From Armatimonadota bacterium (GTDB taxonomy: Bacteria; Armatimonadota; UBA5829; DSUL01): a stretch of 64,000 bases of DNA. The stretch is from assembly GCA_040769165.1 (NCBI GenBank), contig JAXGLP010000001.1:728197-792196 (forward strand). The letters run 5' to 3'. Made by a program: the position numbers and the translations under genes. The notes beneath the pieces are model-generated. The model was not told the origin of the DNA. It worked only from the letters and a program-made list of their open reading frames with translations, and did no database searches. Shown piece after piece: positions 27,944 through 37,800 of the stretch (the stretch's first letter is position 1; the number at the start of each line of letters is the position of its first letter).

Positions 27944-27972
27944 TTGAAGCGCCGTGTGGGACATGCTAATAT
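27944..27972 (+). promoter_or_regulatory. Putative sigma70-type promoter (TTGAAG-17 bp-TAATAT) ahead of the surface-protein cluster
   Basis: Spacing counted directly. Lies between coaE and CDS 28155..29981. The leader contains a gcctgag/ctcaggc hairpin. Confidence 0.45.
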
Positions 27973-28154
27973 CTTGCGGCCTGAGCCGGGCGGACCGGTT
28001 CCGCCTCAGGCTTGGACCAGCCTCTCGCTCGCAGGGCGCCTGATCCCCGATTGTATCGGCGGTATCGCGGGCGATGGGGTCAGATGCTCCCTGCTTTTTC
28101 GTGCGGTAGCCGGGAGGAGTGCGCCCGCGGGAAGTTGAAGACTGCTGAGGCAGG

Positions 28155-29981
28155 ATGTTTTGGAGCGACGGTACGGCCGGAGGGCTGGCAGGACACCGCG
28201 CCCCGGAAGGAACGGCGTTTGTGATTAGGGCGAACAATAAGAAGGCAATTCGTGCTGTGGCGAAACTGCTTGCGGCGATTATGGTGCTCCCGCACCTGCT
28301 GCTGGTGGGGTCGTCTTCAGTCGTAATGGCGCAGACCGAGGCAGCCACGACTAACGTCGCGGTTCTCGACTTCGCCAACGTAAGCAAGTATGGTGATTCG
28401 GTGATCTCCCGCCTCGCGACCGACGCGGTGGTCGTGGAGCTGACCAAGTCCGAGAAGTTCACCGTCGAGACACTGCAGCGCACGCGGGAGGCGATGGCCG
28501 ACCTCGATCTGCGCTACCCGCTGACGACTGCCGGTATGCTTCGGCTTGCTGAAGAACTCGCGGTCAACGCAATGGTTGTCGGCAAAGTCCGGGAGGTCAG
28601 CCTCACGGACAAGCCCCGGCAGGCGAGAGTCGAGCTTGAAGTGCAGATGCTCGACGGCGCTACCGGCGAACCGATGAACGGCGCCATTGTGCGCGGCTCG
28701 TCGAGCCCGGTCGAGGATTTTACGGGCGATGATGACGTGCTCATTATGCAGGCCGTCAACAACGCCGCTTATGTGGCTGTCCGGCGCATGATTGACTACA
28801 TCATCCCCGAAGCGACTGTCCTCAACGCCATCGGATCGGACAAGGTGCTGCTCAACCGCGGCGCTCAGGATGGCATTTCCAAAGGGATGGTTATGATCGT
28901 GACCCGGGGCGACGAAGTGATCGGCAAGATCCGCGTTCTCGACGTTACGAACAACGACTCGACCGCGGCGATCACCTCCGCCGTGCGAGGGGTCAAAGCG
29001 GAGGACAAGGCGAAGGCTGTGTTCAACGTGCCCGAGAAGGTCACGGGCGGGTATGGCGAGCCGGCGTCGAAGCTGAGCGGCGGCGTAATCGGGGCGCCGA
29101 AGAAGAAGAAGGGCATCGGCCAGGTTCTCGGCGTGCTTGCTGGTCTGGCCCTTGTTGCGATTATCGCGGGGCAGGGCAGTTCGTCCGAAGATGCCTCGTC
29201 CGGCGCGGTGATGGCGACCGCCAACGGCATCGAGCTGACGCTGGACCCGGGTTCGTTCCAGGGGACATCGAACCTGATCGAGTATCACATTTACAGGAGC
29301 GATCAGGGGCTGCCCGTGTTCTCCGTGCCGGGCTCGAGCGCGTTTGCTCTGGACACCGTGCTCGGCACCGGCGCGACGCCGCCCGAGATCACCTATCAGG
29401 AGCCCGATCCGACCAACGCTTCGGATCTCGTCGAGAAGACGGGTTCCAACCCCGGCCTTCAAGTTGGGACGCAGTACACCTATCGCGTCCGAGTGCTCTA
29501 CAGAGAACTGACGTCACTCACGGGCGGCTCGTCGGATTCGGGCACCGACGGCGACTCCGCATACCGCTACCGCCTGTCCCCGCTGACGACTATGGGGCGG
29601 GCGACGATGATCGAGCAGCTTCTGCTCGCTGATCTGGTGCAGCCGGTGATGGACGCCTCGGACGTGAGCCTGTCGAGCGTGACATTCGGCTGGCAGTCGG
29701 CGCTCGGCGCCGACCAGTACATTGTGCAGGCGTCGCTCGACCCGTCATTCTCGACGGTCGCCTTCCAGAGCGGCATCGTGACGGGATCGCCGTCGGTCGG
29801 GGGCGAGTTCCTGACATTGAGCAACCAGAATTTGTCCAGCCAGTTCTCGAGCACGGATTCCGCCACACGGATCTACTGGCGTGTGGGCGCCAGGCGAAGC
29901 AGCGACAGCGCTCCAGCCTGGAGCTACAGTCCCGAGAGCTGGTTCAGGAAGAGTGAGGGGCCGCCTCCTCCGCCATCGTAG
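28155..29981 (+). CDS. Membrane-anchored envelope protein: LpoB/CsgG-like N-domain, FlgT_C-like beta domain, KKKK-TM anchor and FN3-like C-terminal region
   Basis: Signal/anchor segment LLAAIMVLPHLLLVGSSSVVMAQ. VAVLDFANVS.. pattern as in LpoB/CsgG-fold proteins. TM segment PKKKKGIGQVLGVLAGLALVAIIAGQG. The start could instead be the GTG at 28221. Confidence 0.55.
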   Translation: MFWSDGTAGGLAGHRAPEGTAFVIRANNKKAIRAVAKLLAAIMVLPHLLLVGSSSVVMAQTEAATTNVAVLDFANVSKYGDSVISRLATDAVVVELTKSEKFTVETLQRTREAMADLDLRYPLTTAGMLRLAEELAVNAMVVGKVREVSLTDKPRQARVELEVQMLDGATGEPMNGAIVRGSSSPVEDFTGDDDVLIMQAVNNAAYVAVRRMIDYIIPEATVLNAIGSDKVLLNRGAQDGISKGMVMIVTRGDEVIGKIRVLDVTNNDSTAAITSAVRGVKAEDKAKAVFNVPEKVTGGYGEPASKLSGGVIGAPKKKKGIGQVLGVLAGLALVAIIAGQGSSSEDASSGAVMATANGIELTLDPGSFQGTSNLIEYHIYRSDQGLPVFSVPGSSAFALDTVLGTGATPPEITYQEPDPTNASDLVEKTGSNPGLQVGTQYTYRVRVLYRELTSLTGGSSDSGTDGDSAYRYRLSPLTTMGRATMIEQLLLADLVQPVMDASDVSLSSVTFGWQSALGADQYIVQASLDPSFSTVAFQSGIVTGSPSVGGEFLTLSNQNLSSQFSSTDSATRIYWRVGARRSSDSAPAWSYSPESWFRKSEGPPPPPS

Positions 29982-30132
29982 TCTGCTGCGGTGTGATTTC
30001 GGATTCGGCAGGCGCATGACCGGCTTGTTGCGCGGCGGCTTGTCCGCCGCGCAGAGCCGGTTGCGCCGCATCGGTTTGTGGTTGGCAATCGAAACGCCTT
30101 GAGGGGGCGCTTGAACTGAAGGGTTTTGAGAT

Positions 30133-32475
30133 ATGAGTTCTAAGGACATCGGGCGGGTGGTCAGAGTGGCGCGGCTGGCCGCCTTGCTGCTTGCCGTGCT
30201 GGCCGCGGCGTCCCCGGGCTTTGCCGCGGGGGGCGGGGGCATGGATCCCGGATATGTGCCGGGCGAACTCGTCATCAAGCTTCGCGCGGGTTTCGGACCC
30301 TCTGACGCGGCATCCGTCGCCGCCCTTGCCGGCGCGGTGGTGAAGAAACCCCTGCCGGTTGAGGGCTTCTACCTGCTGGCCGCGAAGGACACCGCAACCA
30401 CGGTCGTCCAGATGCGCGACGCCCTCCGCACCGACGCGCGCGTCTCCTCCAGCGACCCGAACTATCGTTGCAAGCTGTCGGCCGAGCCCAACGACCCCTA
30501 CTATGCGCAGCAGTGGAACCTCGTGCTTGTCAATATGCCCGAGGCGTGGGAGCCGATCCACATCCGCGATGCCAGCGGCATTCGCGTGGCCGTGGTGGAC
30601 GCCTGCGTGCGCACGGACCACCCCGATCTGGCCGGCCGGATCGTTGCCGGATATGACGTCGCGGACGATGATGAAGACACCAATCCGCCGGAAGAGGCGC
30701 GTCCGTGGAGTGAGCACGGAACGATGGTGGCGGGCATCATTGGGGCGGTTACCGACAACAGGATCGGAATTGCGGGAGTGTGCTGGGACGGGGTTCAGAT
30801 TGTCCCTGTCAAGGTTTACGAAGACAGCAACAATACAGTGTATGGCTCCGGCGACGACTTCGTCGCGGGCCTGGACGAAGCCCTCAAGCGCAACGCCAAC
30901 GTTGTCAACATGAGCATGGAGTTCGCCGTCACGTTCGACCTTCTTCGAGAGAAGATAGAGGAACTGGCCGACGCCGGGATTATCCTTGTCGCGGCTGCCG
31001 GCAACGGCTCAGGAAACGTCTCCTATCCGGCTGCCTATCCGGAGGTTATCTGCGTGTCGAGCGTCAACAGCGATAAGGAGATCTCCGAGTTCAGCAACCG
31101 GGGGCCCCAGGTTGATGTCGCCGCGCCGGGTGAGGACGTAACGTCGACGGGGGTAGATTCCACCGTCACGCCCATCGCCTATTACCTTACAGAGTCGGGC
31201 ACCTCGTTTGCCGCGCCGCATGTGGCGGGCGCCGCGGCCATCCTGCTTGCCAACGGGCGGCAGGCGTCTTCGGTCCTTGACGCCATTCAGGCGACCGCGC
31301 AGCAGCAGGGGACGGAGATACCCAACGACGAGTATGGCTACGGAATTCTCGACGTCGGTGCGGCTCTGCTGTATCAGTCGTTCAACGTGATCATTGACCG
31401 CCCGCAGAACGGCGACAGTCTTTCAACCACCTACCCGCCGGTTCGCATCAGCCTGAACGGAGTCGCCATCGGAACGGTGCAGGTTCTCGTGGACGGTGAG
31501 ACCGCCATTTCCGGCGGCCAGATAGCTAACGCCAAAGTCTCGCACTACAGCGCGCCCACGACAAGCGGGCAGTTGGCGTTTACCTGGCCCTTCACGACGG
31601 GCACGCACCGGATAAACGTGACGGCATCTCCCGTCTACAGCGCCACCGAGACAGTGACTGTCAGAAGCACGTTCACCGTCGCTCCCCGCACTCTGCCGCC
31701 GGGCATGTATATGTTCTCGCTGCCGTTCGCGACGGCGGGGTCGCAGACAGGGCTCGGGGACGTCCTGGCGGCCGCGGACGGGTCGCCCCTGTTTGTCTAT
31801 CGCCAGGCGCGCTGGGAACCCGAGGTTGCCGCTTACAAGCTTTACAACTATCCCGGAATCCCGAACCAGACAGGCGCGTCGTTGCAGCCTTCGAACGTGC
31901 GCGCGGGCGAGAACGCGCTTCCGGCGGAGGGCGTGGCCTCGACAACCCTGCCCAGAGGCGTCGGGTACTGGCTGGATCTCCGCCAGAGCGCTTCGCTCAT
32001 CAGCTCCACCTACGTGGATGACAGCAAGACCTATGCGATCGAACTGAAGCACGGCTGGAACCAGATCGGGAATCCCTTCCCGTTCCCGGTAGGCTGGGGT
32101 AGCGTTCTTGTGCGCTACCTCAATGATACCGTCTCCATCACGGAGGCTGTGTCGCGCGGCTGGGTCAGCTCTTCGCTCTATCGCTATGAGAGCGGCGCGT
32201 ATCGCGCGGATTCGGCGCCGAACGGGCTGCTGGAGCCGTGGAAGGGCTACTGGGTGTATGTGAAGGTTCCTCCCACCGGGGGCGCGCCGGCCGACCCGAA
32301 CGCCGCGACTGCGAAAGTGACGCTGTTTATTCCGCCCCTGCAGGGCGCTCTGGCCGGCGGCCTGCCGCTGACCCCCGCGGGCATCACCGGATCCGCCGCC
32401 TCCAATGCCGCCGGAAGCGCTTCCGGGGCGGTACGAGGCACTCTCGCGGCCGTAAAGGGCTCGTCCGGACGTTAG
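30133..32475 (+). CDS. Secreted S8 (subtilisin-like) serine peptidase with the bipartite 'GWNQIG...GYW' C-terminal module
   Basis: Signal peptide present. Catalytic triad contexts VAVVDACVRTDHPDL (D), HGTMVAGIIG (H) and GTSFAAPHVAGAAAIL (S). The C-terminal module at about 31697-32270 is shared with the next three CDS. Confidence 0.85.
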   Translation: MSSKDIGRVVRVARLAALLLAVLAAASPGFAAGGGGMDPGYVPGELVIKLRAGFGPSDAASVAALAGAVVKKPLPVEGFYLLAAKDTATTVVQMRDALRTDARVSSSDPNYRCKLSAEPNDPYYAQQWNLVLVNMPEAWEPIHIRDASGIRVAVVDACVRTDHPDLAGRIVAGYDVADDDEDTNPPEEARPWSEHGTMVAGIIGAVTDNRIGIAGVCWDGVQIVPVKVYEDSNNTVYGSGDDFVAGLDEALKRNANVVNMSMEFAVTFDLLREKIEELADAGIILVAAAGNGSGNVSYPAAYPEVICVSSVNSDKEISEFSNRGPQVDVAAPGEDVTSTGVDSTVTPIAYYLTESGTSFAAPHVAGAAAILLANGRQASSVLDAIQATAQQQGTEIPNDEYGYGILDVGAALLYQSFNVIIDRPQNGDSLSTTYPPVRISLNGVAIGTVQVLVDGETAISGGQIANAKVSHYSAPTTSGQLAFTWPFTTGTHRINVTASPVYSATETVTVRSTFTVAPRTLPPGMYMFSLPFATAGSQTGLGDVLAAADGSPLFVYRQARWEPEVAAYKLYNYPGIPNQTGASLQPSNVRAGENALPAEGVASTTLPRGVGYWLDLRQSASLISSTYVDDSKTYAIELKHGWNQIGNPFPFPVGWGSVLVRYLNDTVSITEAVSRGWVSSSLYRYESGAYRADSAPNGLLEPWKGYWVYVKVPPTGGAPADPNAATAKVTLFIPPLQGALAGGLPLTPAGITGSAASNAAGSASGAVRGTLAAVKGSSGR

Positions 32476-32626
32476 CTATGCGGAACAACGACATGAACTT
32501 GACGGTCAATGACATGGAAGCGAAAGCAGGCCGCCGCTGGCAGCCTCGCCCCGTGTCGTTGCCACTTTCGTGCGACGGGTCCCGGCCGTATAATCCGGGT
32601 CCGGTGCGCACTGGCGGGAGGGCACG

Positions 32627-34747
32627 ATGATTCCCTGTCCGCCAAACGGAGTGCTGAGCAGAATGACCATACCAACACCCGCCCGACCTGCAGCGCGGAT
32701 CTCTTTCGGAATCGCCATGGCTGTAGCTGCGCTGCTCTGTCTGCAGGCGCTTCCGGGAATGGCGGAATACACCTCAGTCGCCGTCTCGAACCCCTACATC
32801 AGAGTGGTCGCGGGGATTTCGGGAGATGCTGAGCTTGGCGACGCCCGCGGGGGCGGTTCGCCCGAGGTCGGCGGGAAGTTCGCTGTCGGCACCTCCGGTG
32901 GCGACCCTTCCAGTTCGCTCGACAACAACTCGGCGCTGCTTGCCGGGTCTGACGGGGAATCCGGCAGCTCACTGGTGCCCTTCGGGGGCTCAACGTACAT
33001 AGTGATAGATGAGGAGACCGTCATTCTTTACGGGGGAGAGGACGGAACGTGGACGAAGCCTCCGACCCTGGACCCCGTTACCAGGGTGATCACCGATTCG
33101 TTCACTCCCGAAGAGATTCCGATTACCATAAGCCGCACCCTCAAGCCCCTGCGCGACAACGTGCTGGTCAGCTTCCAGATCACAAGCGACGACCTGGTGG
33201 CCCATACGGTGGGTCTGGTTACAGTCCTCGATACCGAGTTTGGAGCCCTCGAAGCTCTTCCGGCAACCGGTGGGCCCTTCTATACGACTCTGACCGGAAG
33301 CGTCAGCTACGAGCGGGCGTTTCTGGGGGCTGATGTCCCGGACATTATCTATGCGGCTGACAGGCTCCCCGACTACAGGATCATCTCGCAGGCGCTCTTG
33401 CGCCGCTCGGACGTGACGACTCCCGATGTGGTTCAGCTTGTCTCTCTTGCCACCGCGACGGCCGACCCGTGGGGATGCGAGGCGGATCCCTCGGTGTCGC
33501 TGCTGACGGACAGCGCGATGGTGCTGAAGTGGAACGAGAAGGCTTTGCCCGCCGGGGGCAGACTGCTTCCCGTCTCTTTTTACTTCGGGCTGGGCAATGC
33601 GTGCGCCGAGTTCAGCTATCCGGCGGTGGCGGCGCTTCAGACGCCGTTCACGCTCAACTATGTGCGGGATATTGACGATGAGACGGGGCTTGTCGAGGAC
33701 ATCGGTCACATCGTTCCGGACCCGTTTGTTGTTTACGGTTACGTTTACAACCTGAGCCCCGAGGTCAGCCTCAGCGGCGTTCAGCTTCAGCTTACGCTGC
33801 CCGACGGGCTCGAGTTTGCGACGGGTGAGTCGGCGATCCGCTCCATCGGCGCCATTGCTCCTCTGGCGGAAGGCTCGGTCTCGTGGAAGGTGCGGGCGAC
33901 TGGCCTGAAGACAGGCCCTCTGCCGGTGACCATGTCGGCCGTCGGTTCGCCGATGACAGGCAAGGCGGTCACGCGCACGGTGGACATCCCCGCGACGGAG
34001 ACCTACAGGTTCCGGGGCGGTCTGGGGCGCTGGCAGATGGTCACCATTCCGTTCGAGACCGAGAGCACCGATCTTGCGACCGCGCTCGGGCTCACCACGG
34101 CGCAGTGCCCGCAGTCGTGGCTGGACAGCCCGCTCAATTTTGACGACTACGGCGGAGTTCTGAGTTACCACGCCTTCCGCTGGAACCCGGACGGCGGAGG
34201 TTTGAGCAAGTACGACCGCGTGACGACGGTGCCGTTGCCCGGGGCTGCATTCTGGTTCCGGGGGTGCGCCGACCTGGTGCTGACAATGCAGGGCGCGACG
34301 CCGCTGCTCGAGTCTGACCTGCAGACGCGGACCATTGCGCTTCGGCCCGGATGGAACCAGATCGGAAATCCCTGGCTCTACGGCGTGGCGTGGGGGCGCT
34401 TCCGGGTTCTGAAGGATCCGGCGGTCGGGAGCGTGGAGCTTAAGGAAGCGATTCGTCAGCGCTGGCTGAACGGAACGCTCTACTGGCTCAATGCCGAAAC
34501 CAACGACTACGATTTCAGTTCCGCCCAGAGCACGGTGCTGCAGCCGTGGGTGGGTTACTGGCTGCGTGCTTACGAGCCCGTAACGCTGATCGTGCCGAAC
34601 GTCGACACCATCGGCGGAGCGGGTGTGGACATCTCCGGCGGGACCGGGGGCGGAAACAACGGTGGAGGTGGAAACGGCGGCAACGACCCGCCGCTGCCGC
34701 CGCTGCCGCCGGTGCCGTGGAGCACCACTTCGATGATTACCGACTGA
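32627..34747 (+). CDS. Secreted hypothetical protein (706 aa) ending in the shared C-terminal module plus a Gly/Asn- and Pro-rich tail
   Basis: Signal-like FGIAMAVAALLCLQALPGMAE. Module at 34021-34600 (RPGWNQIGNPW...LQPWVGYWLRAYEP). Tail is GGTGGGNNGGGGNGGNDPPLPPLPPVPW. Confidence 0.6.
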   Translation: MIPCPPNGVLSRMTIPTPARPAARISFGIAMAVAALLCLQALPGMAEYTSVAVSNPYIRVVAGISGDAELGDARGGGSPEVGGKFAVGTSGGDPSSSLDNNSALLAGSDGESGSSLVPFGGSTYIVIDEETVILYGGEDGTWTKPPTLDPVTRVITDSFTPEEIPITISRTLKPLRDNVLVSFQITSDDLVAHTVGLVTVLDTEFGALEALPATGGPFYTTLTGSVSYERAFLGADVPDIIYAADRLPDYRIISQALLRRSDVTTPDVVQLVSLATATADPWGCEADPSVSLLTDSAMVLKWNEKALPAGGRLLPVSFYFGLGNACAEFSYPAVAALQTPFTLNYVRDIDDETGLVEDIGHIVPDPFVVYGYVYNLSPEVSLSGVQLQLTLPDGLEFATGESAIRSIGAIAPLAEGSVSWKVRATGLKTGPLPVTMSAVGSPMTGKAVTRTVDIPATETYRFRGGLGRWQMVTIPFETESTDLATALGLTTAQCPQSWLDSPLNFDDYGGVLSYHAFRWNPDGGGLSKYDRVTTVPLPGAAFWFRGCADLVLTMQGATPLLESDLQTRTIALRPGWNQIGNPWLYGVAWGRFRVLKDPAVGSVELKEAIRQRWLNGTLYWLNAETNDYDFSSAQSTVLQPWVGYWLRAYEPVTLIVPNVDTIGGAGVDISGGTGGGNNGGGGNGGNDPPLPPLPPVPWSTTSMITD

Positions 34748-34757
34748 TTTTTGTGAC

Positions 34758-34830
34758 GCGGGGCCGCCGGAGCGATGCCGGCCCCGCCCTTTGCGCCGGG
34801 AGCGCATCCGGCGCGGACGCGCGCTTTTTC
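34758..34830 (+). terminator. Cluster of GC-rich hairpins ending in a T5 run (likely terminator)
   Basis: Hairpins gcggggccg/cggccccgc (9 bp), gcgccgg/ccggcgc (7 bp) and gcgcg/cgcgc, followed by ttttt at 34825-34829. Confidence 0.5.
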
Positions 34831-34878
34831 GGCCGGGGCCGGGTTGGCCCGTAGAGGCCAGGGGAGTAGTGAACGGGT

Positions 34879-37800
34879 TTGGACAGTAGGACACCTGGAA
34901 CAGACAACCGAGGGGGGTTCGTGGGATTGAGACTGAGCTGGCGAACATCGGCCGGAAGCGTACTGCTTGCGCTCCTGGCGTTGCTGTGTACGGCTGGCGT
35001 TTCGCTGGCGCAGACTATCTCTCTCACCGACGGCAAGGTGACGCCGGCTTTCAGCGTGCGCGGGGCGGTTTACACCTACTCTGTAACCTACTCAGATGAG
35101 GACGCAACGCCGCCGATGTACGTGCGCGTCGTCATAGACGGCGAGACCTACACCATGCAGCGCTCTGCCGGCGCGCCCGACTATGCGGCGGGCGTTGTCT
35201 ACACCTACCAGCGCCGTCTCACCACCAGCGGCACACACCGCTATCATTTTGAAGCGCGCAATGCGTCGGGCTATGCGGTCTGGGATTTCCTCAGGTTCAG
35301 AGCCGGCGACGTGGAGGTGGAAGAGGAAGAAGACGAAGAGGGCAACGTCATCAGTTCCGTCGCCACAATCACCATCGCCGGCGAGGGGCCGTACCCGGAG
35401 TGTTACTCTGAGATAACCTGGGTCGGTGGCGACCGTGAGGGCATGGTGGACGCGGTCAACGCATCCGGGGATACGCTGACCATCGAGATTGAAGGCCCGT
35501 TTGAACCTGCGGCGCGGGGGGGTGACACGTTCGAACTCCCTTACTCGCGCAAATGCAGGTCGGCCTTTACCGTTGTCGGCGACTTCAGGGATCCCCTGGT
35601 CAACGACGCCCCGTTCCTGTCTGACCCGGTCGTCTCTCCGCGATGGAACTCGGATGGGTCGCAGGCGCACTGGACCTTCAAAATCACCTACAGCGACATC
35701 GAAGGAAACGGTCCGTCCTTCGTTCAGCTGTTCCTTGGCAGGGCGACGCTGATGGCGGCTAAGTCCGTGAGCGCAACCGAAACCGGCGCCGTCAGTCTGG
35801 CCTCCGCGCTGGGAAACAATCGGCTTCTGAACGTTGTGGGAGTCTATGATGACCCGGCGGGCGAAGGCGTCAACTACTATACGGGCGGCAGTTACAATCC
35901 GGAGACCGCGGTCGTCACGCTCGGCACGCCCCTGCCTGAGCCGAAGAGCGTGTACGTCACCTATCACGCCACGCCGATGACCTGGCAGGCGTACGATCTC
36001 ATCAAGGCCGATCCGCTCGCCTCAGGCTACACCGCCGGGGTGGAGTACGTCGTTCCCGCCCCGATTCCTCTCACCGGCTATAACACGCGGGCGCCGGGCC
36101 AGCCGCCTCATCTGTATTATTACTCTTTTGAGGCGGGTGACGGGCTTTACGACGACCGTAGGACTGGCTATCCGCTGTCGGTTGTGCCTGCACCGGCGAA
36201 GCAGCTTTTCGCGGCCGTTTCGGAGGTTCTCGGAACGCCAGGGGCTGAAGCGCCGTACCCGATGGTGTTCAACGGTCTCGGTGCCGGCTGGACTGAAACG
36301 ACGACCGGCCCGATATCCCGGATTGTCATGTCGGCCGCGTACGGGCCGCCGGAGGGCGCCGGGTTTGGTGTGCAGATCAGGACCATCTCAGCGTCGAACG
36401 AGGTCACCCCGGTTACGGACGCGAAAACGGATGACGCCCTGGGCCAGGTCACGCTGACAAGTGCGCCGGCGGCGGGCGATACGGTAACAGGCAGCTACGT
36501 TTTTGCCGAGCCTCTGCAGATGGCGCAATACGCCTCGCCGCCCGTCCTGGAGGATGGCACGGTCACCCCCGAGATCGGCGACCGCTCGGAAGCGTTCACC
36601 TACTGGGTTACCTACAAAGATGGGGCAGGCAGAGCTCCGGAATCGGTCACTGTGGTCATAGACGGTGTCGCGCGGGAGATGGCCCCGGCCGGGTCAGGCG
36701 CCCCGGACTACGCAAGCGGAGTTGTCTACCGCTACAGCACCATGCTCGCGCCCGAGACGGAGCATCAGTATCATTTCGAAGCGGTCAGCGCGGGCGGATA
36801 TGCCGTCTACGACGCGCTGCCGCTGGAGATCGTGTCGCTGCAGTACGACTACGCCGAGGACGGGGTTACCACAATCGCCACGTCACTGGCCCAGAACTGG
36901 TGGGACGAGGAGTTCGAAGGCAGCGAGATCACCTGGGTGACCGGACTCCGCGCCGGCGTCAGCGACCCTGTGGAGGGCGTCCGTGTCATAGACTACGACA
37001 GTATTACGCCAGCCGATGACCCGACCACGATCACCGTCACCGGCGTGCTCAACCGCGATCCGGAGAAAGAGCCGTTTCCTGGCGACCTGCTGACGCTGAA
37101 CCGGTCACGAAGCAGTCTCTGGCCCATCGCGGCAACGGGTGATATCGCGGGACCGTATGTCAACGACTCTCCCACTCTCACGAACTCGCAGGCCAGCCCG
37201 AGCACCAGCGTGCCGCTTCCGAACTCGGGGTGGACCTTCCAGACCACATACAGCGACATAGACAACAACGCGCCGCAGTTCGTGTACGCCATTCTGGGCC
37301 AGGCTACCGCCCGCTCTGCGCAGCCGTGCGCCGCTTCCAGCGTCAGCCAGGTGACTGTGGTTCCGCCCGACCCGGGCATTCCCGGCGAGGCCGCGCCGAA
37401 ACTGCTGAATGTCGTGGGAGTCTGGGACAACCCGAACGGCAGCGGAACCAACTACTACTCGGGCGGATCGTTCGACCCGGCCACGGGCGTGGTGACGCTC
37501 GGCACGAGTCTCGCTGCAGCCTCCACGGTCTACGTGACGTATCACTGCACCCCCATCGTGTGGGCGCCGGATGGCTCCGGCACGGGCCGGATAGCCCTCT
37601 CGAAGCTCGATCCGGGCGACATTGATTTCAGGGACGGCGCCATATTCACGACTTCCGCGCCTGTCTATTTCGATGGACCCGCGACCGGCAATATCGCGAA
37701 AGATCCGCCGAGGCTCAACTACTACTCTTTCGCTGCTTCAGACGGCTTCACTCGTGCAAAATATGCGCCCAACGACGCGCGCCCGTCTCCGGGCGCGTAC

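Noticed and set aside
30030-30052. Strong 9-bp hairpin (gcgcggcgg/ccgccgcgc) between the first anchor gene and the S8 peptidase, considered as a terminator splitting the cluster
   Set aside because: It has no T-tract, and GC-rich palindromes of this size are frequent in this DNA. It is kept only as a note. It does not by itself argue against co-expression.
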